Source of the DNA: Acidimicrobiales bacterium
GTDB lineage: Bacteria; Actinomycetota; Acidimicrobiia; Acidimicrobiales; Bin134
Length of the DNA stretch: 64,000 nt
Direction of reading: 5' to 3'
Assembly: GCA_965208505.1 (NCBI GenBank)
Contig: OZ242339.1
Location: forward strand, 2,523,162 to 2,587,161
How positions within the stretch are numbered: position 1 is the stretch's first letter; every line of letters begins with the position of its first letter. This document shows positions 55,830-64,000 of this stretch, piece after piece. The notes beneath the pieces are model-generated. The model had not been told where the DNA came from. It did not search any database and saw only the letters and a program-made list of their open reading frames with translations. The translations under genes were made by a program, and so were the position numbers.

Positions 55830-57769
55830 CAGAACCCCGCCCGCGAAATGAACCAGGCCAACAGAGCCACTGCACCGATGGCGATGCCCAGGGCGTAGCT
55901 GCGGACCAGGCCGGTCTGCGACGACCTCAGCTTGGTGCCGGTGCGGCGGACCAGGGTGCCGGTGGCATTGACCGCGCCGTCCACCACCTGCTCATCGAAC
56001 TGGGTTGTGCGCTCAAAGGCCCGGCGGCCGGGACCGCCCATGAAGTTGGTGACGACCTCGTCGACGCGCCACGCCCGAGCCAAGAACGGGTGCTCGATGC
56101 GGGCCGGATCGATCCGGCGGCGGATGTAGACCGCGGCCCCGGCCGACACCCCGCCCAGGCTGCCGATGATGGCCACGATGGCCAGCACCCACTGGGTACC
56201 CCCACCGAAGGGGAGATGGCCCTCGTTGCCGAACAGGGACGGCTTCAGCCAGTTGCCCAAGAAGTGGACATCGGAGGCGAACGGCAGGTTGATAACTCCG
56301 GCCACCATGGCCAAACCCGCCAACAGCACGAGGGGAACGGTCATGGTCCACGGCGACTCGTGGGGATGGCGGTGGGGCAGGGCGTGTTCAGTCTCTTCGT
56401 CAGCCTCAGCCTCGACTTCTTCATCGGTCCAGCGGCGGGGGCCGAAGAAGGTCATGAGCACCAGTCGGGTCATGTAGAAGGCGGTGAGGATGGCGGTGAC
56501 AAATAACAGCAGCCACAGCACCTTGTTCTCGCCGTAGGCGTAGGCCAGGATCTCGTCTTTCGACCAGAAGCCGGAGAACGGCGGAACCCCGGCGATGGCC
56601 AGCCAGCCAGCCACGAAGGTCATCGAGGTGATGGGCAGCAGCCGGGCGAGGCCGCCGTAGCGGCGGATGTCCTGGTCGCCATCCATGCCGTGAATCACCG
56701 ACCCGGCCCCCAAGAACAGCAGCGCCTTGAAAAAAGCGTGGGTGACCATGTGGAAGATGGCGGCCACATAGGCCCCCGAACCCACGGCCACGAACATGAA
56801 CCCGAGCTGGCTGACGGTGGAGTAGGCCAGCACTTTCTTGATGTCGTTTTGGGCCACCGCGATGGTGGCGGCCATCAGCGCGGTGCCCAGGCCCACCCAC
56901 ATAATGAGGTCGGGCACCCAGCCGTGGGCCGCGGCGATGACCGGGTTCATCCGGGTGAGCAGATACACCCCGGCGGTGACCATGGTGGCGGCGTGGATCA
57001 GCGCCGAAACCGGAGTGGGGCCGGCCATGGCGTCGGGCAGCCAGATGTGCAGCGGGAACTGGGCCGATTTGCCAGCCGCGCCCACCAATAGCAGCACCAC
57101 GATGGCCGACGCGGTGCTGGCCGCCACCCCGTTTTGCTCGAGGTCGAAGAAGATCTCGCCGTACTGGAGCGACCCGAAGGTCAAAAACGCCAAGAGCATG
57201 GCCACCAAGAAGCCCCAGTCGCCCACCCGGTTGGTGACGAATGCTTTCTTGCCGGCCGAGGCGTTGGCCTCGTCGGTGAACCAGAACGAGATCAGCAAAT
57301 ACGAGCAGGCCCCCACGCCCTCCCAGCCCAGGAAGGTGAGCAGCAAGTTGTCGCCCAGCACCAGCATGAGCATGGAGAAGGCGAACAGGTTGAGGTAGAT
57401 GAAGAACTTTGAGAAGCCCTCGTCGCCGTGCATGTAGCCGATGGAGTAGAGGTGGATGAGGGCCCCCACCCCGGTCACGAACAGGGCCATGGTGATCGAC
57501 AGCGGGTCGGCCAGAAAACCGATGTCCACGGCCAGCTTGCCGGCGGGCACCCACTCGAACAGGGTCACCACGATCTCCCGCTCGCCGCCCTCGTGGCCCA
57601 ACAGCCCGATGAACACCAGCAGGGTGGCGATGAATGAGCCGCCCATCATGGCGGTGGCCAGCCAGCCGGCCCGGGGCTCGCCCAAACGGCGGCCCAGCGC
57701 CATGAGAATCAGCACCCCGGCCAGGGGGAAGGCGGGGATCAGCCAGACCAGATCGACGAGGGTGCTCAT
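55829..57769 (-). CDS. nuoL: NADH-quinone oxidoreductase subunit L
   Basis: 646 aa ('LHIWLPDAMAGPTPVSALIHAATMVTAG') with a C-terminal lateral-helix extension. Confidence 0.9.
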   Translation of the reverse strand: MSTLVDLVWLIPAFPLAGVLILMALGRRLGEPRAGWLATAMMGGSFIATLLVFIGLLGHEGGEREIVVTLFEWVPAGKLAVDIGFLADPLSITMALFVTGVGALIHLYSIGYMHGDEGFSKFFIYLNLFAFSMLMLVLGDNLLLTFLGWEGVGACSYLLISFWFTDEANASAGKKAFVTNRVGDWGFLVAMLLAFLTFGSLQYGEIFFDLEQNGVAASTASAIVVLLLVGAAGKSAQFPLHIWLPDAMAGPTPVSALIHAATMVTAGVYLLTRMNPVIAAAHGWVPDLIMWVGLGTALMAATIAVAQNDIKKVLAYSTVSQLGFMFVAVGSGAYVAAIFHMVTHAFFKALLFLGAGSVIHGMDGDQDIRRYGGLARLLPITSMTFVAGWLAIAGVPPFSGFWSKDEILAYAYGENKVLWLLLFVTAILTAFYMTRLVLMTFFGPRRWTDEEVEAEADEETEHALPHRHPHESPWTMTVPLVLLAGLAMVAGVINLPFASDVHFLGNWLKPSLFGNEGHLPFGGGTQWVLAIVAIIGSLGGVSAGAAVYIRRRIDPARIEHPFLARAWRVDEVVTNFMGGPGRRAFERTTQFDEQVVDGAVNATGTLVRRTGTKLRSSQTGLVRSYALGIAIGAVALLAWFISRAGF

Positions 57770-57822
57770 TTACCTGTCCCTGCGTATCCGATGTTCTCGG
57801 CAATCCATCGACTCATGAGGCG

Positions 57823-58125
57823 CTATCCCCTCAACGCCGATAGGTCGTCGGCGGTGGCCTGGGGGCGGCGGCGGTTGATGGCCGCCACGATGGCCAACCC
57901 CACCACCACCTCGGCGGCGGCCACCACCAAAACGAAGAACACCGACACCTGCCCGCCGATGTCGTTCAGCTCCCGTCCGAAGGTGATGAAGGTGAGGTTG
58001 ACGGCGTTGAGCATCAGCTCCACGCACATGAACATGATCAGCGGGTTGCGGCGCACCAAAAGGCCCACCGCGCCGATGGTGAACAGGGCGGCGGCCAAAA
58101 TCAGATACCAGGAGGCGGTGACCAT
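57823..58125 (-). CDS. nuoK: NADH-quinone oxidoreductase subunit K
   Basis: 100 aa, three TM segments, '[14 protein letters not shown]' motif. Confidence 0.9.
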   Translation of the reverse strand: MVTASWYLILAAALFTIGAVGLLVRRNPLIMFMCVELMLNAVNLTFITFGRELNDIGGQVSVFFVLVVAAAEVVVGLAIVAAINRRRPQATADDLSALRG

Positions 58126-58682
58126 CAGTCGTCCTCCGCGGTTTCCTGGGCTTCGTCGCCGCGGGCCATGCGGCGGGACATGACCACCGCGCCCACCACC
58201 GAGATGGTGAGCAGCGCGGCGGTGGCCTCAAAGGCGTACACGTAGTCGGTGAACAGCACGTCGGCGATCTGGCGCAGGTTGGAGTACTGGCCGGTGTCGG
58301 TGATGTCCGACTTCAAGATCCCTACACTCAGCGAGCCGATATCGCTGGTCAGGAGGAAGACCACGGCCAGCCCGAAGGTGCCCAAACCCACGATGGCGGC
58401 CAGGGCCCGCTGGCCGGTGATGGGCTCCACCGACAGGTCTTCGAGCCGGTCGACGCCCAACAGCATGATCACGAACAAGAACAGCACCACGATGGCGCCG
58501 GCATAAACGATGATCTGCACCGCGGCCAAGAAGTGGGCCTCCAGGTTGAGGAACAGAACGGCCATGCCGAACAGGGTCCCCACCAGGCTCAACGCGGCGT
58601 GAACCGGGTTGCGGGCCAATACCACGCCCAGCGCCCCGGCCAACACTATGGCCGCGCACACAATGAAGACGGCGGTCTCCAT
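58125..58682 (-). CDS. nuoJ: NADH-quinone oxidoreductase subunit J
   Basis: 185 aa, '[11 protein letters not shown]' motif, position between nuoI and nuoK. Confidence 0.88.
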   Translation of the reverse strand: METAVFIVCAAIVLAGALGVVLARNPVHAALSLVGTLFGMAVLFLNLEAHFLAAVQIIVYAGAIVVLFLFVIMLLGVDRLEDLSVEPITGQRALAAIVGLGTFGLAVVFLLTSDIGSLSVGILKSDITDTGQYSNLRQIADVLFTDYVYAFEATAALLTISVVGAVVMSRRMARGDEAQETAEDD

Positions 58683-59347
58683 CAGTGATGGCCCCCCTGG
58701 TCGTCATGGTCATCGTCGGTAGCGTCGGCGTCGGCTGAATCCTCCTCCGACTGGCCCCGCTCAGGGGAGCGGATGCCGTAGCCCAGCTCGCCCGACCAGG
58801 CCACCTGGCCCTCGTAGTCGGCCCGCCCCGACGGGGATGTGGCCCGCACCCAGGCCGAGGTGTGCTCGTCGTCGCCGGGCTTCCAGTCCTCCCAGGGGAG
58901 TTGCTGGGGCCGGCCGTCGTCGCCCACCACCAGCTCGTCTTTGGTGTAGATGGCGTCGGAGCGGTTGGTGAACGAGAACTCGAACAGCTTCGACTCGGTG
59001 ATGGCCTCGGTGGGGCAGGCCTCCACGCACAGATCGCAGTGGATGCACCGCAGGTAGTTGATCTCGTACACGTAGCCGAAGCGCTCGCCCGGCGACACCG
59101 GATCGTCGGGCGGGTTGTCGGCCCCCCGCACGTAGATGCAGCGGGCCGGGCACACCCCGGCGCACAGCTCGCATCCGATGCACTTCTCCATGCCGTCCTC
59201 GTAGCGGTTCAGCACGTGGCGACCGTGGAAGCGCTCGGGCTTGGGGCGCTTCTCGTCGGGGTACTGGGTGGTGACCACCCGGCCCGTCTCGGTGCCCTTG
59301 AGCAGCTTGCGCAGGGTGACGGCGAATCCCCGGAGGTATCCCATCAT
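58682..59347 (-). CDS. nuoI: NADH-quinone oxidoreductase subunit I (two 4Fe-4S)
   Basis: ATGA overlap with the nuoH stop. 'CIGCELCAGVCP' and 'CIHCDLCVEACP' ferredoxin motifs, plus an acidic/His-rich C-terminal tail. Confidence 0.9.
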   Translation of the reverse strand: MMGYLRGFAVTLRKLLKGTETGRVVTTQYPDEKRPKPERFHGRHVLNRYEDGMEKCIGCELCAGVCPARCIYVRGADNPPDDPVSPGERFGYVYEINYLRCIHCDLCVEACPTEAITESKLFEFSFTNRSDAIYTKDELVVGDDGRPQQLPWEDWKPGDDEHTSAWVRATSPSGRADYEGQVAWSGELGYGIRSPERGQSEEDSADADATDDDHDDQGGHH

Positions 59348-60561
59348 GCGAATCCTCCGTGGGGGTCGAGTTCGCGGCGTTGGCGGGCGCTGCGCAGGGC
59401 CAGGGCCAGCAGCCCGGCCAAAGCGGCCATGATGGCCAGTGCCACAATCACCGCGGCGGCCCGGTTCCATCCCCGGTCGCCAGCCACGTCATAGGAGGCC
59501 AACACCAGAATCCAGCCCAGCGACAGGGGGATGAGCAGCTTCCAGCCCAAGTCCATGAGCTGGTCGTAGCGGAAGCGGGGCAGGGTGGCCCGCAGCCATA
59601 CGAAGGCGAACAGGAACAGCATCAGCTTGATGAAGAACCACAGCAAGCCCGACAGCCAGCCCACCGTGGTGAAGTCCGGGCCGTTGGGACCGCCAAGAAA
59701 CAGCGTCACGATGATGGCCGACATGGTGATGGTGTTCATGAACTCGGCCAAAAAGAACAGGGCGAACCGGATGGAGCTGTACTCGGTGTGGAAGCCGCCG
59801 ACCAGCTCTTGTTCGGCCTCTACCAAATCGAACGGGGGCCGGTTAAGCTCGGCGGTGGCCGCGATCAAGAAGATCACCATGGGCACCACCCAAGTGACCC
59901 ACAGGTTCCAGTTCCACACCGACTGCTCGGCCACGATCTGGTTGGTGGACAAGCTGCCCGACTTCAACAGCACCGCGGCCAGCGACAGCCCGAGCGCCGC
60001 CTCGTACGACACCATCTGAGCCGAGGCCCGCACCGAGGCCAACAGGGGATACTTGGAGCCCGACGACCAGCCGGCCAGCATGACCCCGTAGACGGCGATC
60101 GACGACATGGCCAGCACCAGCAGGATCCCCACCGGCGGGTCGGACACCTGGAGGAGGGTCTCGTGGCCGAACAGGGAGACCCGGCCGTTGCCGCTGCTGA
60201 AGTCGCCCCCCACGGGGACCACGGCGAACACCAAGAAGGCGGGCACCAGCGACAGGTAGGGGGCCAGCTTGAACACCAGCCGGTCGGACTGCTCGGGGAC
60301 GAGGTCTTCTTTGAAGAACAGCTTGATGCCGTCGGCCAGCGTCTGGAAGATGCCGAACGGGCCAGCCAGATTGGGACCGATGCGGTTCTGCATGTCGCTG
60401 ATGAGCTTTCGCTCGAACCAGATCATCAGCATCACGCCCACCAGCAAGAAGGCGAAGGCCACCCCCACCTTGAGCAAGGTGATGAGCACTTCAGCCAGGC
60501 CAACGCCGCCGTCGTACAGCGGATCGAGGCCGAACACGGACGGGCCGAGGACCGCGGTCAT
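59344..60561 (-). CDS. nuoH: NADH-quinone oxidoreductase subunit H
   Basis: 405 aa. 'ERKLISDMQNRIGPN' and 'NRPPFDLVEAEQELVGGFHTEYS' signatures. Confidence 0.92.
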   Translation of the reverse strand: MTAVLGPSVFGLDPLYDGGVGLAEVLITLLKVGVAFAFLLVGVMLMIWFERKLISDMQNRIGPNLAGPFGIFQTLADGIKLFFKEDLVPEQSDRLVFKLAPYLSLVPAFLVFAVVPVGGDFSSGNGRVSLFGHETLLQVSDPPVGILLVLAMSSIAVYGVMLAGWSSGSKYPLLASVRASAQMVSYEAALGLSLAAVLLKSGSLSTNQIVAEQSVWNWNLWVTWVVPMVIFLIAATAELNRPPFDLVEAEQELVGGFHTEYSSIRFALFFLAEFMNTITMSAIIVTLFLGGPNGPDFTTVGWLSGLLWFFIKLMLFLFAFVWLRATLPRFRYDQLMDLGWKLLIPLSLGWILVLASYDVAGDRGWNRAAAVIVALAIMAALAGLLALALRSARQRRELDPHGGFA

Positions 60562-60595
60562 CGGTTCTGACCCCCCTGGAGCAACAGGTAGACCA

Positions 60596-63139
60596 TCATC
60601 GGGTTTGGATCCTCAGGTCGGTGACCACCGCATCGGGATCGAAGAGGTCTCGCACGTCGAGGTCGGGGTAGTTGTAGCCGAACGCCGCAGTGCCTCGGGG
60701 GACTCCGGGGTCGGCCACCACCGGCATGCCCATCTCACCCACATGGGAAACCACCTGCACGTCGGTGCCCGATTCAACGCCGAGACGAGAGAAGTCATAG
60801 GGGTTAACGACCAGAACGGCGGTGGGCGCCAGTCCGGCCAGCGAGGCCACGTTTTGAACTATCGTGCCCCGGTCGTACATGCGCCGCGACGACACCAGCC
60901 GCAGGCTGTAGGCATCGACCGGAGGCAGCGGGGTGGGGTCTTCGGGCGGAGAGAAGGCAACGGAGCTGTCGCTGGCCACCACCCCGTCTTCGGAGGCGAC
61001 GATGGCCTCTAGGGACAGGCCACGGTGCGACGGGGCCAGCCGGGCGATCTCGTCCCACACCTCCTCGGGGCCGCCAAGGCCGAAGTCGGCGCCTAGTTGG
61101 CGGGCCAGCTCGGTGGCGATGGCCCAGTCGGCCCGGGCGGTTCCGGGTGGAGTGACGATCTGGCGCTGGGCGGTGATCCGGCCCTCCAGGTTGGTATGGG
61201 TGCCCCGGCGCTCGGCGAACCCGGCGGCGGGAAACACGATGTGGGCCATGGCGCTGGAAGGGTTCAAGAACAGATCGGAGGCGACGATAGTGCCCACGTT
61301 CTTGAGGGCTTCGTCGGCCAGCCCTCGGTGAGGGAAGTCGCCCAGCGGATCGACACCCAGCAGGATCAACACGTCGATTTGGCCTTCGGCCGCAGCTTGC
61401 AGGATGCCGCGGGCGTCGGCCCCGGCAGCGGTGGGAACCGAACCCCACGATTCGGCCAGGGCCGGTCCGCCATCGGCCAAGGTGGTTCGCCCCGGCAGCA
61501 GACCGGGGGCCAAGCCCATGTCGAGCGCCCCAAGCACGTTGCCCCGGTGCAGGGCGGGCAAGAAGGCCATGCCCGGCCGCCCGCCGGCGCTCAGCAGATT
61601 GGCGAACCCAATCAGCTCGGCAACGGCGTCAACGGTGAATCCGGCTGACTCGGCCAGCGAGGGGCGACCCAAGATCACGGTGACAGGCTTGTCGGCCCGG
61701 TTGGCGATGGCCGCCGCGGCGCCCGCGACGTCGGCGGCGGGGACCCCTCCGATGTCTCCATCGGGTCCGGGCTCGATGTCGCCGCCCACCAGGGCGGCAG
61801 CCACGGCCGCGGCCTCACCGGGACGATGGTGCAGCCGGAATGCGGCCATTTTGCTCAGACCGGAGGCCCGGGGGGTGAGCTCGATGAGCTGAACGCCGTC
61901 GTTGACTATGGCGTGGCGGAGCCGCAAATAGAGGGTTCCCTGCTCTTCTTTGGGATCAGGGGCCAGCAGGATGACCGTGCCGCCCGGGGTGCAGGCCCGA
62001 TTGACGGAGGCCCGGGGCAGACCGAGCACGACTTCGGCGGGCAGGCCGTCGCCGAGCTGGGCGTCGACGTGGTCGGTGCCGATGACCCCTTTAGCCAGCC
62101 GAGCCCAGGCGTACTGGTCTTCGTTGGTGAGGCGGGCGCCCCCTAGCACCGCCACCGATTGGGGGCCCTTGTCGGCCACCGCGGCATTGATGGCCTCAGC
62201 GGCCTGATTGAGGGCTTGATGCCATGAGGCCTCCACCAGCTCGCTGCCATCGGGGTCGGGTCGACCCAGTGGTGTGCCCCGCACCAGCGGGGTGCGCAGC
62301 CGCAGCTCGCTGGCCATGCCCTCGAAGGAAAACCGGTCTTTGTCGGTAAGCCAACCCCAGTTGACCGCGTCGCTGTCCACCCCCTGGTAGCGCAACACCT
62401 GATCGCGGGAGGCCTGCACCACCACCCGGTCGCCCATCGGATTGGGGTAAGTGGACTCCACTTCGGTGAGGTCCCAGGGGCGGGCCTTGAACCGATAGGG
62501 CACCGCGGTGAGGGCGCCGACCGGGCAGATCTGCACGGTGTTGCCGCTGAAATAGGAGGAGAAGGGCAGGTCGGGGAAGGTGTTGACCTGGGTTTGATCG
62601 CCCCGGTCTTGGAAGGTGATGAGCGGATCGCCAGCCACCTCGTCGGCGAACCGGGTGCAGCGATCGCACAGGATGCAGCGCTCCCGGTCGAGATACACCA
62701 CGTCGTTCACCGGGATGGGCTTTTCGAAGTGGCGCTTCTCTTCGACGAACCGGCTCTCGCCGGGTCCGTAGGCCATGGTCTGGTCTTGGAGGGGGCATTC
62801 TCCGCCCTTGTCGCACACCGGGCAGTCGAGGGGGTGGTTCAGCAGCAAAAACTCCAGCACCCCGTCTTGGGCTTTGCGGGTCTGATCGGAGGTGGTGTCC
62901 ACCACCATGCCCTCGCTCACCGCCACCATGCAGGAGGGTTGCAGGGCGGGCCCGCGCCCGGCGTCGATGTCCACGATGCACATGCGGCACATGCCCACCG
63001 AGCTCATCCGGGGGTGGTAGCAGAAGTGGGGGATGTAAACCCCGGCCCGCTCGGCGGCAGCGATGACCCACTCGCCGGGTCTGGCCTCCACTGGTTGGCC
63101 GTTGACGGTTATGTTCACCACTGCTTCGGACTCGCTCAT
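60596..63139 (-). CDS. nuoG: NADH-quinone oxidoreductase subunit G
   Basis: 847 aa. N-terminal 2Fe-2S/4Fe-4S cysteine clusters ('CYHPRMSSVGMCRMC', 'CPVCDKGGECPLQD', 'CILCDRCTRF') followed by a molybdopterin-like domain. Confidence 0.92.
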   Translation of the reverse strand: MSESEAVVNITVNGQPVEARPGEWVIAAAERAGVYIPHFCYHPRMSSVGMCRMCIVDIDAGRGPALQPSCMVAVSEGMVVDTTSDQTRKAQDGVLEFLLLNHPLDCPVCDKGGECPLQDQTMAYGPGESRFVEEKRHFEKPIPVNDVVYLDRERCILCDRCTRFADEVAGDPLITFQDRGDQTQVNTFPDLPFSSYFSGNTVQICPVGALTAVPYRFKARPWDLTEVESTYPNPMGDRVVVQASRDQVLRYQGVDSDAVNWGWLTDKDRFSFEGMASELRLRTPLVRGTPLGRPDPDGSELVEASWHQALNQAAEAINAAVADKGPQSVAVLGGARLTNEDQYAWARLAKGVIGTDHVDAQLGDGLPAEVVLGLPRASVNRACTPGGTVILLAPDPKEEQGTLYLRLRHAIVNDGVQLIELTPRASGLSKMAAFRLHHRPGEAAAVAAALVGGDIEPGPDGDIGGVPAADVAGAAAAIANRADKPVTVILGRPSLAESAGFTVDAVAELIGFANLLSAGGRPGMAFLPALHRGNVLGALDMGLAPGLLPGRTTLADGGPALAESWGSVPTAAGADARGILQAAAEGQIDVLILLGVDPLGDFPHRGLADEALKNVGTIVASDLFLNPSSAMAHIVFPAAGFAERRGTHTNLEGRITAQRQIVTPPGTARADWAIATELARQLGADFGLGGPEEVWDEIARLAPSHRGLSLEAIVASEDGVVASDSSVAFSPPEDPTPLPPVDAYSLRLVSSRRMYDRGTIVQNVASLAGLAPTAVLVVNPYDFSRLGVESGTDVQVVSHVGEMGMPVVADPGVPRGTAAFGYNYPDLDVRDLFDPDAVVTDLRIQTR

Positions 63140-64000
63140 GACGCGACCCCCGAAGCAGTGGAGACCAATACCGGGGTGGCGGGAAGATAGGCCTCGAACT
63201 CACCGCGGAACCGCTCGAGGGCCGAGGCGATGGGCGAGACGGCCGACGGACCCAGCGGGCAGATGGTGGTCTGACGGGGGGGCCAGTTGATGCCAGGGCT
63301 GATGTTGTCGCACACGTCCATGAGTAGGTCAAGGTCTTGGGGACGGCCCTGGCCGGCCAGGATGCGGCTGAGGATCTTCTCCAGCCAGGAGGTTCCCTCC
63401 CGACACGGAGTGCACTTTCCGCACGACTCCCGTGCGAAGAACCGCACCACGTTGTGGCAGGCCTTGACCACGTCGGTGGTGTCGTCCATGACCACGATGG
63501 CCCCTGAGCCGAGCATGGACCCGGCCTGGTCCACGGTGGTCTTTTCCAGCGGCAGGTCTAGGTGCTCCTCGAAGAACCACGGGGCCGACGCCCCGCCGGG
63601 GATGAACGTCTTGAGGGTGCGGCCGGGACGCATCCCGCCGGCGTAGCGGGGATCGAAGATGATGTCGCGGAAGGTGGTGGTGCCGAAGGGCACCTCGAAC
63701 ACGCCGGGGGTGGCCACGTGGCCCGAGACTGCGAACACCCGGGTGCCGGTGGAGTTGTCGGCCCCCATGGCGGCAAAGGCGGCCCCGCCGTTGGAAACGA
63801 TCCACGGGAGATTGGCCAGGGTCTCCACGTTGTTGACGATGGTGGGCTTGCCGTACAGGCCGATGGACGCCGGGAAATAGGGGGGCTTGAGCCGGGGCAT
63901 CCCCCGGTTTCCCTCCAGGCTCTCAATGAGGGCGGTTTCCTCCCCCACTATGTAGGCCCCGGCCCCCCAGTGCAGGATGATGTCCACCGAGAAGTCCTTG
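63136..64000 (-). CDS. nuoF: NADH-quinone oxidoreductase subunit F, C-terminal part (5' end outside window)
   Basis: 'YIVGEETALIESLEG', 'PPYFPASIGLYGKPTIVNNVET' and 'ESCGKCTPCREG'. The frame stays open to the window edge. ATGA overlap with the nuoG start. Confidence 0.9.
   Translation of the reverse strand, partial: KDFSVDIILHWGAGAYIVGEETALIESLEGNRGMPRLKPPYFPASIGLYGKPTIVNNVETLANLPWIVSNGGAAFAAMGADNSTGTRVFAVSGHVATPGVFEVPFGTTTFRDIIFDPRYAGGMRPGRTLKTFIPGGASAPWFFEEHLDLPLEKTTVDQAGSMLGSGAIVVMDDTTDVVKACHNVVRFFARESCGKCTPCREGTSWLEKILSRILAGQGRPQDLDLLMDVCDNISPGINWPPRQTTICPLGPSAVSPIASALERFRGEFEAYLPATPVLVSTASGVAS

Noticed and set aside
56421-57803. Long antisense or alternate-frame ORFs across the nuo operon (for example 56421-57803, 59359-60570, 62196-63332, 53600-54319)
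   Set aside because: These are shadow ORFs of strongly conserved nuo genes in a high-GC background, with Arg/Gly/Pro/His-rich composition and no motifs.
58682-58760. Acidic/His-rich C-terminal tail of NuoI as a separate feature
   Set aside because: It is in frame and continuous with nuoI. Low-complexity tails are common in actinobacterial complex I subunits, and nothing indicates a separate function.

Overview
High-G+C, actinobacterial-type chromosomal segment (taxon is inference only), densely coded. Many adjacent genes overlap by 4 nt (ATGA/GTGA), which suggests translational coupling. Most of the window is housekeeping. It holds a nucleoside/deoxyribose salvage cluster (add fragment, HAD phosphatases, deoC, two aldehyde dehydrogenase paralogues, upp), a D-aminoacylase plus NAD-kinase-like pair, a LysM lipoprotein, a Rieske-TPP fusion enzyme and a 1-Cys peroxiredoxin. 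It also holds a MacB-like ABC system with two very large FtsX permeases, pgi, and a TPP-riboswitch-controlled thiamine operon (thiC-thiE-thiO-thiS-thiG-thiE2/tenI-thiD). Further on are a HelD-like helicase, hemE-hemY, lnt, dtd, a glycosyltransferase/methyltransferase/terpenoid-cyclase-fold triad, tesB, a PQQ sugar dehydrogenase lipoprotein, a Cache lipoprotein, a second TPP enzyme, and nuoF(partial)-G-H-I-J-K-L-M-N on the minus strand. The accessory part is about 39.2-44.8 kb, with a small low-GC orphan segment at 46.15-46.7 kb. It is a mosaic restriction-modification island containing a C5-methyltransferase with a truncated downstream ORF, a divergent vsr, an AAA_14/DUF4143-type ATPase, a compact low-GC DPPY-methyltransferase plus PD-ExK endonuclease pair, and an orphan excisionase-type HTH gene. 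No integrase or transposase is present. The island is organised around three copies (two 392 bp and near identical, one 122 bp and diverged) of the dcm/vsr divergent promoter plus vsr 5' module. The second notable item is a 70-nt tRNA-like element between pgi and thiC. It has a perfect tRNA-Ala acceptor stem (G3:U70) and T-arm but no canonical D-arm or anticodon loop. I see no CRISPR array, rRNA, prophage or IS element, and no self-evident complete novel multi-gene system. The items in findings are the best candidates, and all functional calls rest on motif recognition by eye, not on database searches.
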